This document shows positions 28,130 through 37,834 of a stretch of DNA of 64,000 bases, one piece after another. The notes below the pieces were generated by a model that had not been told where the DNA came from, searched no databases, and saw nothing but the letters and a program-made list of their open reading frames with translations. The position numbers were made by a program, and so were the translations under genes. Numbering within the stretch: position 1 is the first letter of the stretch; every line of letters starts with the position of its first letter. Origin of the DNA: Verrucomicrobiota bacterium (GTDB lineage Bacteria > Verrucomicrobiota > Kiritimatiellia > UBA8416 > JBHORK01); NCBI GenBank assembly GCA_042565725.1, contig JBHORK010000006.1, positions 1,374 to 65,373 on the forward strand, in the 5' to 3' direction.

Positions 28130-28726
28130 TTAAGGCAATTTAAGCATATACATTTTTTTTACCTTAAACTTTTCCAATGAATCGCCGCTGATATCTCCCT
28201 CACCGACAGCCAGAACCCTCTTATCGAGAAAATCTTCCGTGTTTACGGCTTCTTCGCGTTTTCCTATTCTTTTGGTCAAACGAACTTTTCTGCCCTTCTC
28301 GTCTACCAAATAGAATGTGCCTTTCTCCTTGGTAATTTTACCTATTACAGATGGCGCTGCATTTTTTGCTTCTTTTTCGTCAACTTTCCTTATGCTTTTT
28401 ACACCAAGCCATCTTATGCTCTTCTCATCTATTTTTGCATCTCCCATGGCCGTACCTGTAACTACCACTCTCATGCCGAGAAGATCTTCCGTGTTTACGG
28501 CTTCTTCACCTTTTCCATATTTCGCCCTTAACCTTGCGAAATTGCCCCAATCGTTTACCACCCAGAACATTCCCTTGCTATCTTTCGTGACCACGCCTAC
28601 TGCAGTTACAAGAGGCTTGTCCTCTTTTGGTTTTTCCTTCTTCGACTTTTCTTTCGCAACTGCGGTCCCGACCACTAATAAGAACACAAAACCTGCAATC
28701 AAAACATCCAACAACAAACGTTTCAT
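28130..28726 (-). CDS. Secreted lysine-rich repeat protein, paralog 3 (two modules)
   Basis: MKRLLLDVLIAGFVFLLVVGTAVA signal with the RBS AAAGGAGGAA. Contains ...FYLVDEKGRKVRLTKRIGKREEAVNTEDFLDKRVLAVGEG. Lies 28 nt downstream of rlmB. Confidence 0.85.
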   Translation of the reverse strand: MKRLLLDVLIAGFVFLLVVGTAVAKEKSKKEKPKEDKPLVTAVGVVTKDSKGMFWVVNDWGNFARLRAKYGKGEEAVNTEDLLGMRVVVTGTAMGDAKIDEKSIRWLGVKSIRKVDEKEAKNAAPSVIGKITKEKGTFYLVDEKGRKVRLTKRIGKREEAVNTEDFLDKRVLAVGEGDISGDSLEKFKVKKMYMLKLP

Positions 28727-28754
28727 GGAATTCCTCCTTTTTAATATTTCTATA

Positions 28755-29483
28755 TCAACTAGAACTGAGGGCAAACAGGGATATGCCAGCGGCAACGGAT
28801 GCGTTCAGAGAATTGATCCGGCCCTGCTGATTGATCGAAACAACGAAATCGGCCGTATTCAGTATGAACTGCCCTACCGATTTATCTTCACCGCCTATTA
28901 CAACCAGTATCTTATCGGAAAGCTTTTCGCTCACTGTTCGAATGTCCTCTTTCCCGCTGGCATCAAGCGCCACTACCTGATAACCCTCATTCTGCGCGGT
29001 ACGCACATAAGAATTAGCGGATGAATCTTTGGCGATATCAAGAAATTCCGTGGCGCCGGCCGATACTTTAACTACAGAGGGATAGATATCGGGCACACCC
29101 CTCTTCGATAACAATACGGTATTGAACCCGAATATTTCCGCACTGCGCAATATGGCTCCGACATTATGCGGATCTTCAACATTATCCAGAAGCAATATAC
29201 GCGGCCGACCCCAGAATGTGTCAGACGGCTGATACGGATACGGCCTGACTTTCAGAACAACACCCTGATGATCCCGACTGCCTGAAAGACTCATTACGCG
29301 CTGTTTATCTACCCATTCAACAGGGATATTCATTTTTTCCAGATACTGCACAAGCTTGCGAATGCGCGGCTGGCGCTCTGCAGCCTTATTCAGGTATGCC
29401 TCGTATATCTTGCGCTTCCCTGCGCGCACTACTTCAAATACGGGATTAATCCCATAAATGTATTCTCGACTCGGCTTAGCCAT
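28755..29483 (-). CDS. rlmB: 23S rRNA (guanosine-2'-O-)-methyltransferase RlmB (SpoU/TrmH family)
   Basis: YIYGINPVFEVV N-terminal substrate-binding domain and SpoU motifs (LLLDNVEDPHNVGAILRSAE; VVIGGEDKSV; SLNASVAAGI). Confidence 0.85.
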   Translation of the reverse strand: MAKPSREYIYGINPVFEVVRAGKRKIYEAYLNKAAERQPRIRKLVQYLEKMNIPVEWVDKQRVMSLSGSRDHQGVVLKVRPYPYQPSDTFWGRPRILLLDNVEDPHNVGAILRSAEIFGFNTVLLSKRGVPDIYPSVVKVSAGATEFLDIAKDSSANSYVRTAQNEGYQVVALDASGKEDIRTVSEKLSDKILVVIGGEDKSVGQFILNTADFVVSINQQGRINSLNASVAAGISLFALSSS

Positions 29484-29623
29484 GCGTAATCTCCAAACAT
29501 ACGGTTATCGGTTGTGCTGCTCGAATCGGCTATCGTTAATCGGTTACGTAATCTTTTCCCCTATTTGTAACTTCTATAATACGCAACCCCAACCGTAAAC
29601 CGTTTACAGCGTAAACTCCTCCA

Positions 29624-30709
29624 TTATATTTCCTCAGGAATAACAGGGTCTCCGTTCCCTTGAACACCAACTTTTGCGTATCTCGCATTCCCGCCGCCGG
29701 GCGGGATCACTGCGATGATGTTTCCTCTTTCGGGTTTTGGAACATAAGTGGGGTCGGCATGTTGTTTTAGCTCCTCCTCATATGTCCCTTCCGTGGTCAC
29801 GACATCAGCGCCTACTTCCCTCAAAGACAACCCTGTCACCGGGTGAGGATAAAGGCCTCTTTCAAGAGTCTGCCCGGCTACTACTGTTGAGCTTATATCC
29901 TGCTCAGCGGATACAACAGCCACTTTCGGCATCATACGCTCATAAACCTCAAGCGGCGCACTATGCATACTACCGTGATGCGCAACTTTGACCAGCCAAC
30001 AACTCAAGAGATTAACCATTTTCTTGACCTGCGGATGATGTTTCGATGTCCGCTCAATAAAGGGATATTCCTGACTGATTCTGGCCCAGCTGTCAAATTC
30101 AGCGTCCCCACCCAGAATTGCAACAGCGGCTCCGGCCTTCCTTGTAATATCAGGATCAACATTGCCCACATATCTTAATGACTGAGTAATTACAGCATCT
30201 TCATTGCAATTTTCAATACGCAGCACAATAGACGCATTATTCATGTCGACCCCATAGGTTGCATACCTGTTCCTCAGCGTAACGGATGGAGAAAGGGCCG
30301 TAACACGAACATTACCGTAATACCATTCCATGCCGGACGAAACACGGCGCATTTTAATTTTATGCTTGCTGACTTCCCCCAGTATTCTGCGGTATGTCAT
30401 GGAGTTATGCCGGAACCCGCTGTCCCAGAATTCCGCCGGCCTTGTATCAGGATCCGCCATCAGGCTGGCTATTCCTGAAATATGGTCGGAATGTGGGTGT
30501 GTCGCGCAGACAAAAGCGATTTCGCTTCTTGGCCGAACAGTATTCAGTCTGTCCAGATAATTCATGGATTTCTTCGCGTTATAAAAATCCACTATTCCCC
30601 AAAGTCTTTTCCCGTGATCGTCCTCGGGAAATTCAATTACGATCGCATCTCCAAGCCCAACATCCAGAAAATGTATAACAAGGTCTTCTTTCTGTATTAA
30701 TTTGCTCAT
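29624..30709 (-). CDS. ComEC/Rec2-type metallo-beta-lactamase-fold hydrolase
   Basis: HFLDVGLGDAIVIEFP, CATHPHSDHISG (HxHxDH) and VAHHGS. Last gene of the patatin operon. Confidence 0.8.
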   Translation of the reverse strand: MSKLIQKEDLVIHFLDVGLGDAIVIEFPEDDHGKRLWGIVDFYNAKKSMNYLDRLNTVRPRSEIAFVCATHPHSDHISGIASLMADPDTRPAEFWDSGFRHNSMTYRRILGEVSKHKIKMRRVSSGMEWYYGNVRVTALSPSVTLRNRYATYGVDMNNASIVLRIENCNEDAVITQSLRYVGNVDPDITRKAGAAVAILGGDAEFDSWARISQEYPFIERTSKHHPQVKKMVNLLSCWLVKVAHHGSMHSAPLEVYERMMPKVAVVSAEQDISSTVVAGQTLERGLYPHPVTGLSLREVGADVVTTEGTYEEELKQHADPTYVPKPERGNIIAVIPPGGGNARYAKVGVQGNGDPVIPEEI

Positions 30710-30721
30710 TAATAATTCCCC

Positions 30722-31201
30722 CTATTTGCCTTCCCTTGAATCACAGGATAAAGCCTGCACATAAAGGTTACTGCTGGTATCTTTAAAACATCTATGCTCA
30801 TCTATACGCAGTGTGTCACGTTTACCTTCACATACCTTGATCGCTGACGGGTTCCTGCGGTCGCCTTCCACTTCGAATGCTCCCACGAAAAAAACCTGGC
30901 CCTCCTTGATAAATTTCCATATCACGGCTTTAGCAGTCTCTCCCGGCCGAATCGTTTCGGCAGAATCTGACGACAGGGATTCCATGAACATTTTTGCAAC
31001 GTCAACAGGGTCAATCCCCTCCTGTTCCAGGCCTAAATGCATCAGCAATCCTTCAGCATCAACTGAGAAAGACTCTTCCTCGCCCCAATTACCGTCATCA
31101 TCCGTTATCGAAGCCGCCCCCTCTAAAAGTGAAGATATCAGTATCCGCACATGTGAATGATCCATCACCTCATCAATTGTTATTCTTTTAACTATACTCA
31201 T
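30722..31201 (-). CDS. Hypothetical acidic protein (159 aa)
   Basis: Separated by 11-12-nt gaps from both neighbours. I recognise no motifs. Confidence 0.65.
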   Translation of the reverse strand: MSIVKRITIDEVMDHSHVRILISSLLEGAASITDDDGNWGEEESFSVDAEGLLMHLGLEQEGIDPVDVAKMFMESLSSDSAETIRPGETAKAVIWKFIKEGQVFFVGAFEVEGDRRNPSAIKVCEGKRDTLRIDEHRCFKDTSSNLYVQALSCDSREGK

Positions 31202-31212
31202 ATCAGACCCCT

Positions 31213-32361
31213 TTATAATATTTCGTCAGGATACGGCATCCCACCCGGTTTTGATATATTCGAATCATAATATTTTCTTATCACCGCATCGGATATCGCG
31301 TATCCCCAGTTAATCAGCTGCTTCTGCGTCTTATCCTCCAGTTTTTTCAAACGTGTCGGGGTATCGGCAAGCTCCAGAGTTTTATCATAAGAACAACTCA
31401 ATGAACCGGGAACTGTGTAATCATTGATATCATCTCTGATCCCCCAGTAGGCGCCATTGTGTTCATCGCTCGAACTCATATAAGCCTGAATCAATTGTCT
31501 TTTCCTCAGATTACGTACCTGGTTATCAATAACATTGAACACCCTGTATGAATGTCTGGCCCAATCCTTTTTGGGTCTGGGTTCCGGCTGCATTCTGCCG
31601 CCGGCATCGCTTACAAGAATAGTCTTATAACGTTTCCATGCTGTTTCCTGCCCGAGATTATCGTAAACACCGCCATCACTCAGAACAACTTTCGTTGTAT
31701 AAGGCGGCCTGGATAATGTTGATCTGGATTCCGGATCAAAATCAGAATCTTTCAACCGCAGTACAAAAGGTGAAAGCACCGGCGGAAACGCTGATGATGC
31801 CGCGACCGCGACTGCCAGCGGAACCCCTGGATTCTTAACCATGCCTACAAGATAATCAGCCATATAGGGACGGGAAAAACGCCACAACGCTCCGGATTGA
31901 ATGTTCGACGCGTTAATTACGAAACGAGGTCCCGAACTATCATCCGGCAAGTCCTGAAGTGTCGCGCCCTTGAAAATATTACGATCATAAGCTTTTGCTA
32001 TTCTGTCGCCTATTGAACCGGGCGTAAGCAGCCCGATAATAATGGACTCCGCGTCAATAGTTTCGGAGGCAAGCTTACGCACGGGTTCTTCCAGCAGGGA
32101 CCGGAGATTATCCGCAACGCCATTATTATCGAAATTAAGCTTGCTCCAATTAACGCCAAGCGTTCCAGCGGTAATCGATCCGCCCGATACACTGGAGATT
32201 CTTTTTATTTTCCTTAAAAGACCGACTTCATTAATACGAAGCAGTGCTCCGACATGAAACAGCATGGCCCGGTATCCGCCGCCTGAAAGACATAATGCGA
32301 TACCGTCTTCAGGTGTTTTTTTCTTTCTTGCAGGTTGAGCTTCATCCTGTTGTCCTGACAT
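31213..32361 (-). CDS. Patatin-like phospholipase
   Basis: LSGGGYRA oxyanion hole, SSVSGGS nucleophile elbow and DGGVYDNLG catalytic Asp motif. Confidence 0.85.
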   Translation of the reverse strand: MSGQQDEAQPARKKKTPEDGIALCLSGGGYRAMLFHVGALLRINEVGLLRKIKRISSVSGGSITAGTLGVNWSKLNFDNNGVADNLRSLLEEPVRKLASETIDAESIIIGLLTPGSIGDRIAKAYDRNIFKGATLQDLPDDSSGPRFVINASNIQSGALWRFSRPYMADYLVGMVKNPGVPLAVAVAASSAFPPVLSPFVLRLKDSDFDPESRSTLSRPPYTTKVVLSDGGVYDNLGQETAWKRYKTILVSDAGGRMQPEPRPKKDWARHSYRVFNVIDNQVRNLRKRQLIQAYMSSSDEHNGAYWGIRDDINDYTVPGSLSCSYDKTLELADTPTRLKKLEDKTQKQLINWGYAISDAVIRKYYDSNISKPGGMPYPDEIL

Positions 32362-32556
32362 GATATTCCTCCATATGTTAAAAACAATTTACCCTAATAT
32401 TATCAGAATATATATCTGCCCTGCCACTATTTTAGTTAACAGGGAATTCCTGAGCTTTTTGCCCGCAAATTTGTTCGCCTCATATATGTCTTTTCTTCAA
32501 AAGGCAACATTTGTAGTATGATTCTTTTATTTTAGACTAAAAAGAATGGAGAAAAT

Positions 32557-35500
32557 ATGCTGTATGTTTTTCTAGCCTCAACTGAACTCGGAGCATATGA
32601 ATCAGGCAAGCTTGCCGGGACATTTGTACGGCTTGTCATTATTCTGGCCGGCATCATCAAGTGCTTTCAAATCTCAAGGCGTAAAGAAACCAGCACTCTC
32701 TGCTCTATCGCGCTGGGACTTGTGCTGATGGCATGGCTTACAATAAGCATCAGCAGTATAATTAAATGTTTTTATCATAATCCGGATATACTGTTTAACA
32801 TTGCAGTACTATTTATCGCGCTAATATGTTTATCCGGCGGGTTTGTGACAGCCATCATTGGTTTGGTCGATTATAAAAACCATCCCGAATACTGCCAGGG
32901 GCGCAAGCAGGGAATCTGGTCTATCGTTCTGGCCATTGTGTTCGGCAGCTTAATAATAGTCGGCTTTGTAGGCGGCATCAGAAAAGGGCGGCCTGAACCC
33001 GGCTCGAGTTTATCTGTACTCAGAAAAGAACCGTATTCTTTTGAGCAATTAAATTTTACACTGTCTTCACCCGGACACCCCTGGGTAGAAATGAATGCCT
33101 CAAAGATAAATCCTGCAGCAACTTTGATGTTTTCGCGCAGAAATCCAGAAATTATATTCACGATAATTGCAGAAGAAATAGGCAGTACACACCAGCTGAC
33201 CTCAGAGATTCTTGCCGAGATTGCAAAGACCAATCTGCGCGGCGTAGCGGCAAACGTGAAAGTTATAAAAGAAATGCCTTACACACTGAACGGGCTGTCA
33301 GGAACATGGATGGATATCGATGCCTCTCTCGCTAATAAACGAGTATCTTATGTCTACTGGGTTATAAGCCACAACGGATATGTTTACCAATTGATTGTAG
33401 GCGGTATTAATGGCAAACGAGAAGAAGTTAACAAAACGGCAAAAAAACTCCATAAACACTTTAGCCTGATAGACATGTCCCGGGTATCACAGGCAGGCGG
33501 ACATAACTACGGCACATTTACTTCCGACCTTTTCCAATACACAGTGGATCTGTCAGACACCGGATGGATGGAGTGGGAAAATGTTTGTGCAGATAACCCC
33601 GAGGCTGAAACAGGCGGAGCACTTGGATTAAATAACACCGGATTTCTGATTGTGCCATTTGTATGCGACACTGGCAAACCTGAGCTGAACGCCATCATGC
33701 ATATGTACCTGCGCAGCATTGGACTGGAATCATCTGAAAAAGTAATCAACAATATTCACGACGGGCATGAGTTCGGAATGCAGACAAGATCCTTCGAGTT
33801 TTCCAGAACTATAGACGAGGCTTTTTTTTATTATAAAGCCAGAATCTGGACCGGATCAAACCGTTCTTTTTTTGCATGGACCTGGTCGACCAAGGATGAT
33901 GACGAGTTCCGTAAGGAAGCTAAAAACTTGTTCGCAAATATTCTTTTCCGAAACCAGGATAATCTGCCAGCCGTAACCGTAAACGACCTGCCGGATAACT
34001 TGCGAACGGAAAACATTGCCAATATTAATTACCTCGGACTTTATTATCTTGATGAGGAAAAATACGATATGGCCATAAGGCTATTCGAGCATGCCTTTGA
34101 ACTCATGCCCCAAAAAGACCTTTATTTGAGCAACACTCTTTATGCTTATTCTCATGCCGGCAGATACAAAGATGGACTGGCTTACCTGAACAAAGCAGGA
34201 AAGGACAAAAAAGCACCTGAAATTCAAGCGTGGCACGCATGGTATCTGGTCCAACTGGGAAAGAAGAATGAAGCCATTACTATTTATAAGAATATTTTCA
34301 AACAGGGACATGACGACTTGGAAGACCTAAAAGACTACACCAGACTATTGGCGGAAAAGGAAGCATGGAAAGATGTAGATCAGGCGTTTGACCTTTATTC
34401 GAAGAAAAATCAATCATTAACTCCGCAATTGGCCAGAGCCGGAATCTATGCGGAATACGAGAAATTCCCGGAATCTATTAAAATTCTTAAGAAGGCGCAG
34501 GAAAAAATTTCATTTAATCCGGAGATAGCCTTTCAACTTATCTCAAATTATTCTTCACTTGAGCAATACAGCGAAGCTCTCACGGTTTGCGACAACCTGA
34601 TTTCCAATGGGTATACGTCGGCATCTGTTTACCATGAGAAAGCATCTGCGGAATATGGACTACGGTGGTATCGAAGAGCCAAAACGTCACTGGAAAAAGC
34701 CGCGAAATTCAGCCCAAACAACGAGGATATAGCTGAATTTCTTAAACAGGTATCAGGCATGCTGGGTGAAGGCGAGAACAGCATGATAAAAACGGTTATT
34801 GTGCCCGTGCCATTACCGAAAATAGTCGCAGATCAATTGCCTGATCCCAAGGCCCGCAAACTACGCGAAGACTGCAGCGCCGTAACTCTTTATGATGTTA
34901 CCGGATTCTCATTTGAACGCGATAAACATCTAAAGGCCACCCGTTACAAGCATATTCATATACTGGATGCCAACGGAGTCTCAAAATATAGCACGCTTGA
35001 AGCCAACTTTGACCCATTAAATGAGCGCCTTTATGTAAACAAACTGGAAATCCGGAACAAAAACGGCGAAACCATATCAACCGGTAATGTGACCGACTAC
35101 TATGTTATAGATAAACAAAATACAGACATGATTACCCACGATAAGACGCTGCATATGCCTGTCCCCAATCTTGCGCCAGACTGCACAATAAAACTTGTAT
35201 TAACACGTGAAAACTTCGGCGATGTAAGTGAGTTTTATTTAGAACGCAGGTTCATGGCATCAAGACGTCCCTGCTTATGGTTTGGCTGTTACGCCATAGT
35301 GAAAAATGCAAAACTGCGCCATCACGCAGCAAACGGAATAAAGACAAAGGCTATTCCAGGTGGACAACTCTGGTATGTAGAGAATCCGCCTGCCTATATA
35401 AGGGAACCGTTTGAGCCGACAATAGAGAACACTTTGCCCGTATTGGTTCTTGCCGATGCATCACTCTCATGGAAAACGGAGGCACAAGAATATCTGAAGT

Positions 35501-36657
35501 TTATATCGAAGAATCTCACAATTACAGATCCCGTTCGAAAACTTGCCCAAGAGTTAACAGCCCAATCAAAAAGTAAAGAAGACAAAATCAACAAAATCCT
35601 TCAGCACGTTCAGGATAATTACACATATAAGCCGCTGGAATTCGGAATCCGCGGGAACCTTCCATACCCGGCGGGAGAAACAATTCGAAACCGTTACGGC
35701 GACTGCAAAGATTATTCGCTCTTGATTCACCAGCTTCTGAAAGCTGTAGATATCCCCAGTTCGCTGGCAATGGTAAATTCAGAATATCAAACACTGGACT
35801 CCCTGCCCTCCTTAGATCAGTTTGATCATGTAATAGTTCATATTCCTGATAAAGCCGGATGCAAATTCGCGGATGCAACCCTGGAACATTACGACATAAG
35901 AAAAGCGCCGCCTTTGGGTCTTGCAGGCAGAAAGGCGCTGGTGCTGGATCCAGACAACCCCAAACTTGTGCGTATTGACGATTACGCCCCGGACAGCAGC
36001 AGATTTGTTAATCGATATGATATACATGTTCACAAGAACAGGAAATTGACAGTAAACGATACTCTGATTCTCTCGGGTTATTATGCCGGATGGATGCGCA
36101 GAATAATCTCTAAGAAAGAAAAGAACACCCGGGCACAATGGATGCAGGAAGTCTTAAACAGCTACGAAAACGGGGCAGAACTTCTATCATTTAATGTACT
36201 GGGGCTTAATGACTTTACTAAAGATTTGATTCTGGAAACAAAGTATATTCTCGACGGTCATTGCGAAATGCGCAAAAAGGATATATTCGTTTCCCTGCCA
36301 AATGTGTGGATACGCGACTACTTCCAGATCCAGCCCGTACTTAACCGCCAAAAGCCATTTAAAATCTACTATCCGTTAGTGTTCAATGCGACCGTAGTTG
36401 TTCATAATCCTGAAGGTTATGAGTTCTTGAAATCAGACCCTAAAACTCACAAAGAAAAAACATCCGCAGCGCAATGGTCTTATAGCATAAAGCACAAACC
36501 AGGCCGTTATCAAATCGATCTAAACGGCACATTAAACGCGGGACAATATCCTGAATCTAAATACAAAAACCACAGGATATCCATGGATCACATCATTGAA
36601 ATTATCACAGAAGAATTACATTGCCGTCCTTCTGAAACCCAAAAGAATTCCAATTAG
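32557..36657 (+). CDS. Multi-domain membrane protein: N-terminal TM segments, TPR repeats, then a DUF3857-type domain and a transglutaminase-like core (1366 aa)
   Basis: 4-5 N-terminal TM helices, TPR-like helical repeats (aa ~480-720), RYGDCKDYSLLIHQLLKAVDIPS...FDHVIVHIP (Cys/His core) and flanking beta-rich domains. Confidence 0.75.
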   Translation: MLYVFLASTELGAYESGKLAGTFVRLVIILAGIIKCFQISRRKETSTLCSIALGLVLMAWLTISISSIIKCFYHNPDILFNIAVLFIALICLSGGFVTAIIGLVDYKNHPEYCQGRKQGIWSIVLAIVFGSLIIVGFVGGIRKGRPEPGSSLSVLRKEPYSFEQLNFTLSSPGHPWVEMNASKINPAATLMFSRRNPEIIFTIIAEEIGSTHQLTSEILAEIAKTNLRGVAANVKVIKEMPYTLNGLSGTWMDIDASLANKRVSYVYWVISHNGYVYQLIVGGINGKREEVNKTAKKLHKHFSLIDMSRVSQAGGHNYGTFTSDLFQYTVDLSDTGWMEWENVCADNPEAETGGALGLNNTGFLIVPFVCDTGKPELNAIMHMYLRSIGLESSEKVINNIHDGHEFGMQTRSFEFSRTIDEAFFYYKARIWTGSNRSFFAWTWSTKDDDEFRKEAKNLFANILFRNQDNLPAVTVNDLPDNLRTENIANINYLGLYYLDEEKYDMAIRLFEHAFELMPQKDLYLSNTLYAYSHAGRYKDGLAYLNKAGKDKKAPEIQAWHAWYLVQLGKKNEAITIYKNIFKQGHDDLEDLKDYTRLLAEKEAWKDVDQAFDLYSKKNQSLTPQLARAGIYAEYEKFPESIKILKKAQEKISFNPEIAFQLISNYSSLEQYSEALTVCDNLISNGYTSASVYHEKASAEYGLRWYRRAKTSLEKAAKFSPNNEDIAEFLKQVSGMLGEGENSMIKTVIVPVPLPKIVADQLPDPKARKLREDCSAVTLYDVTGFSFERDKHLKATRYKHIHILDANGVSKYSTLEANFDPLNERLYVNKLEIRNKNGETISTGNVTDYYVIDKQNTDMITHDKTLHMPVPNLAPDCTIKLVLTRENFGDVSEFYLERRFMASRRPCLWFGCYAIVKNAKLRHHAANGIKTKAIPGGQLWYVENPPAYIREPFEPTIENTLPVLVLADASLSWKTEAQEYLKFISKNLTITDPVRKLAQELTAQSKSKEDKINKILQHVQDNYTYKPLEFGIRGNLPYPAGETIRNRYGDCKDYSLLIHQLLKAVDIPSSLAMVNSEYQTLDSLPSLDQFDHVIVHIPDKAGCKFADATLEHYDIRKAPPLGLAGRKALVLDPDNPKLVRIDDYAPDSSRFVNRYDIHVHKNRKLTVNDTLILSGYYAGWMRRIISKKEKNTRAQWMQEVLNSYENGAELLSFNVLGLNDFTKDLILETKYILDGHCEMRKKDIFVSLPNVWIRDYFQIQPVLNRQKPFKIYYPLVFNATVVVHNPEGYEFLKSDPKTHKEKTSAAQWSYSIKHKPGRYQIDLNGTLNAGQYPESKYKNHRISMDHIIEIITEELHCRPSETQKNSN

Positions 36658-36715
36658 TAAATTATTTTATGAAGAATATATGCGTGCCCCACCCCTGAAA
36701 AAACGGTGTGGTGCG

Positions 36716-37834
36716 TCAGAAAGTTATATACTGTTCTGCTTTCCGTAGCCGTTTGCCGACCCGGCCTATATTTTCAAGATTCCTGAGTCTGCCGCCCCTG
36801 CTCCTGACTTTCAGAATAAAATCCGCCGTTACATGGCCCAAACCAGGCACCCGCAGAAGTTCATGTCTGTCGGCCTTATTAATATCTACAGGAAATTTTT
36901 CAGGATGACACTTCGCCCAGGATTCCTTTGGATCAATTAGCAGCGACAAATTGCCGTCATTACCTACCGGTATCTCTTCAGCATCAAACCCATATTTCCT
37001 GATCAGGAAATCAACCTGATACAAACGATGTTCTCTCGTAAGCAAATCGCCATTGCCGGCCGCTGAACTTTCGCCCGGAAGATCCTGATCGCCCAATCCC
37101 CTTTGATACGCCGAAAAGTATATCCTGTTTAAGCCAAGTCGCTTGTATAGACCCCAGGAGTATTTGATAATTTCTCTATCCGTCTCATCAGAAGCGCCCA
37201 CAACAAACTGTGTTGTCTGTTTTACTCTGCTGTATCTATTGCCCCTGCCCGTCAGTTTACTGATTAGCTTTAACGGTCTGATAACGTCTTTGATATAATC
37301 TTTGCTCAGAGAAAGTTTCCGGAAATTATTTTCACCCGGCGCTTCAATATTAATTGAAACAGAATTGCCTAACGAAACAGCTTCTTCAACAGCGGAATCC
37401 GACGCGCCCGGTATAACTTTAAGATGAATATATCCTCTGAACCTCTTTTTCTTCCTTAAAATCCAGGCTGCATCGTTAATCTTCGCCATGGCCGCGTCAG
37501 GGTTCTCTCTTACTCCACTGCTCAGGAAAAGACCCTGCACCATGTTTTTTCGATAATATTCCAGAAATATCTCCGCAAGCCGGTCCGGCTGAAGTGAACA
37601 GCGGCGTGTATCATTGTCCGCGCGAAGCGGACAATATTTACAGTCATTCACACATGAATTGGACAGCAGTGTTTTGAAGATGTAGGAAACCCCGCCCTGC
37701 GGTACGGTTACAGGATATATCCAGGTATTATTTTTCGATCGATGGCGCCGGTCATCTTTTTGGGATCCGCAGGCGCAGGCAAGATCGTACTGTCCGTCAC
37801 GCGACAGAATCTCAAGTTTGTCTTCGGCGTTCAT
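36716..37834 (-). CDS. Putative DNA modification/repair radical SAM protein with C-terminal helix-hairpin-helix
   Basis: CVNDCKYCPL (CxxxCxxC) radical SAM cluster. C-terminal INKADRHELLRVPGLGHVTADFILKVR is an HhH motif. Lies downstream of lexA. Confidence 0.75.
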   Translation of the reverse strand: MNAEDKLEILSRDGQYDLACACGSQKDDRRHRSKNNTWIYPVTVPQGGVSYIFKTLLSNSCVNDCKYCPLRADNDTRRCSLQPDRLAEIFLEYYRKNMVQGLFLSSGVRENPDAAMAKINDAAWILRKKKRFRGYIHLKVIPGASDSAVEEAVSLGNSVSINIEAPGENNFRKLSLSKDYIKDVIRPLKLISKLTGRGNRYSRVKQTTQFVVGASDETDREIIKYSWGLYKRLGLNRIYFSAYQRGLGDQDLPGESSAAGNGDLLTREHRLYQVDFLIRKYGFDAEEIPVGNDGNLSLLIDPKESWAKCHPEKFPVDINKADRHELLRVPGLGHVTADFILKVRSRGGRLRNLENIGRVGKRLRKAEQYITF

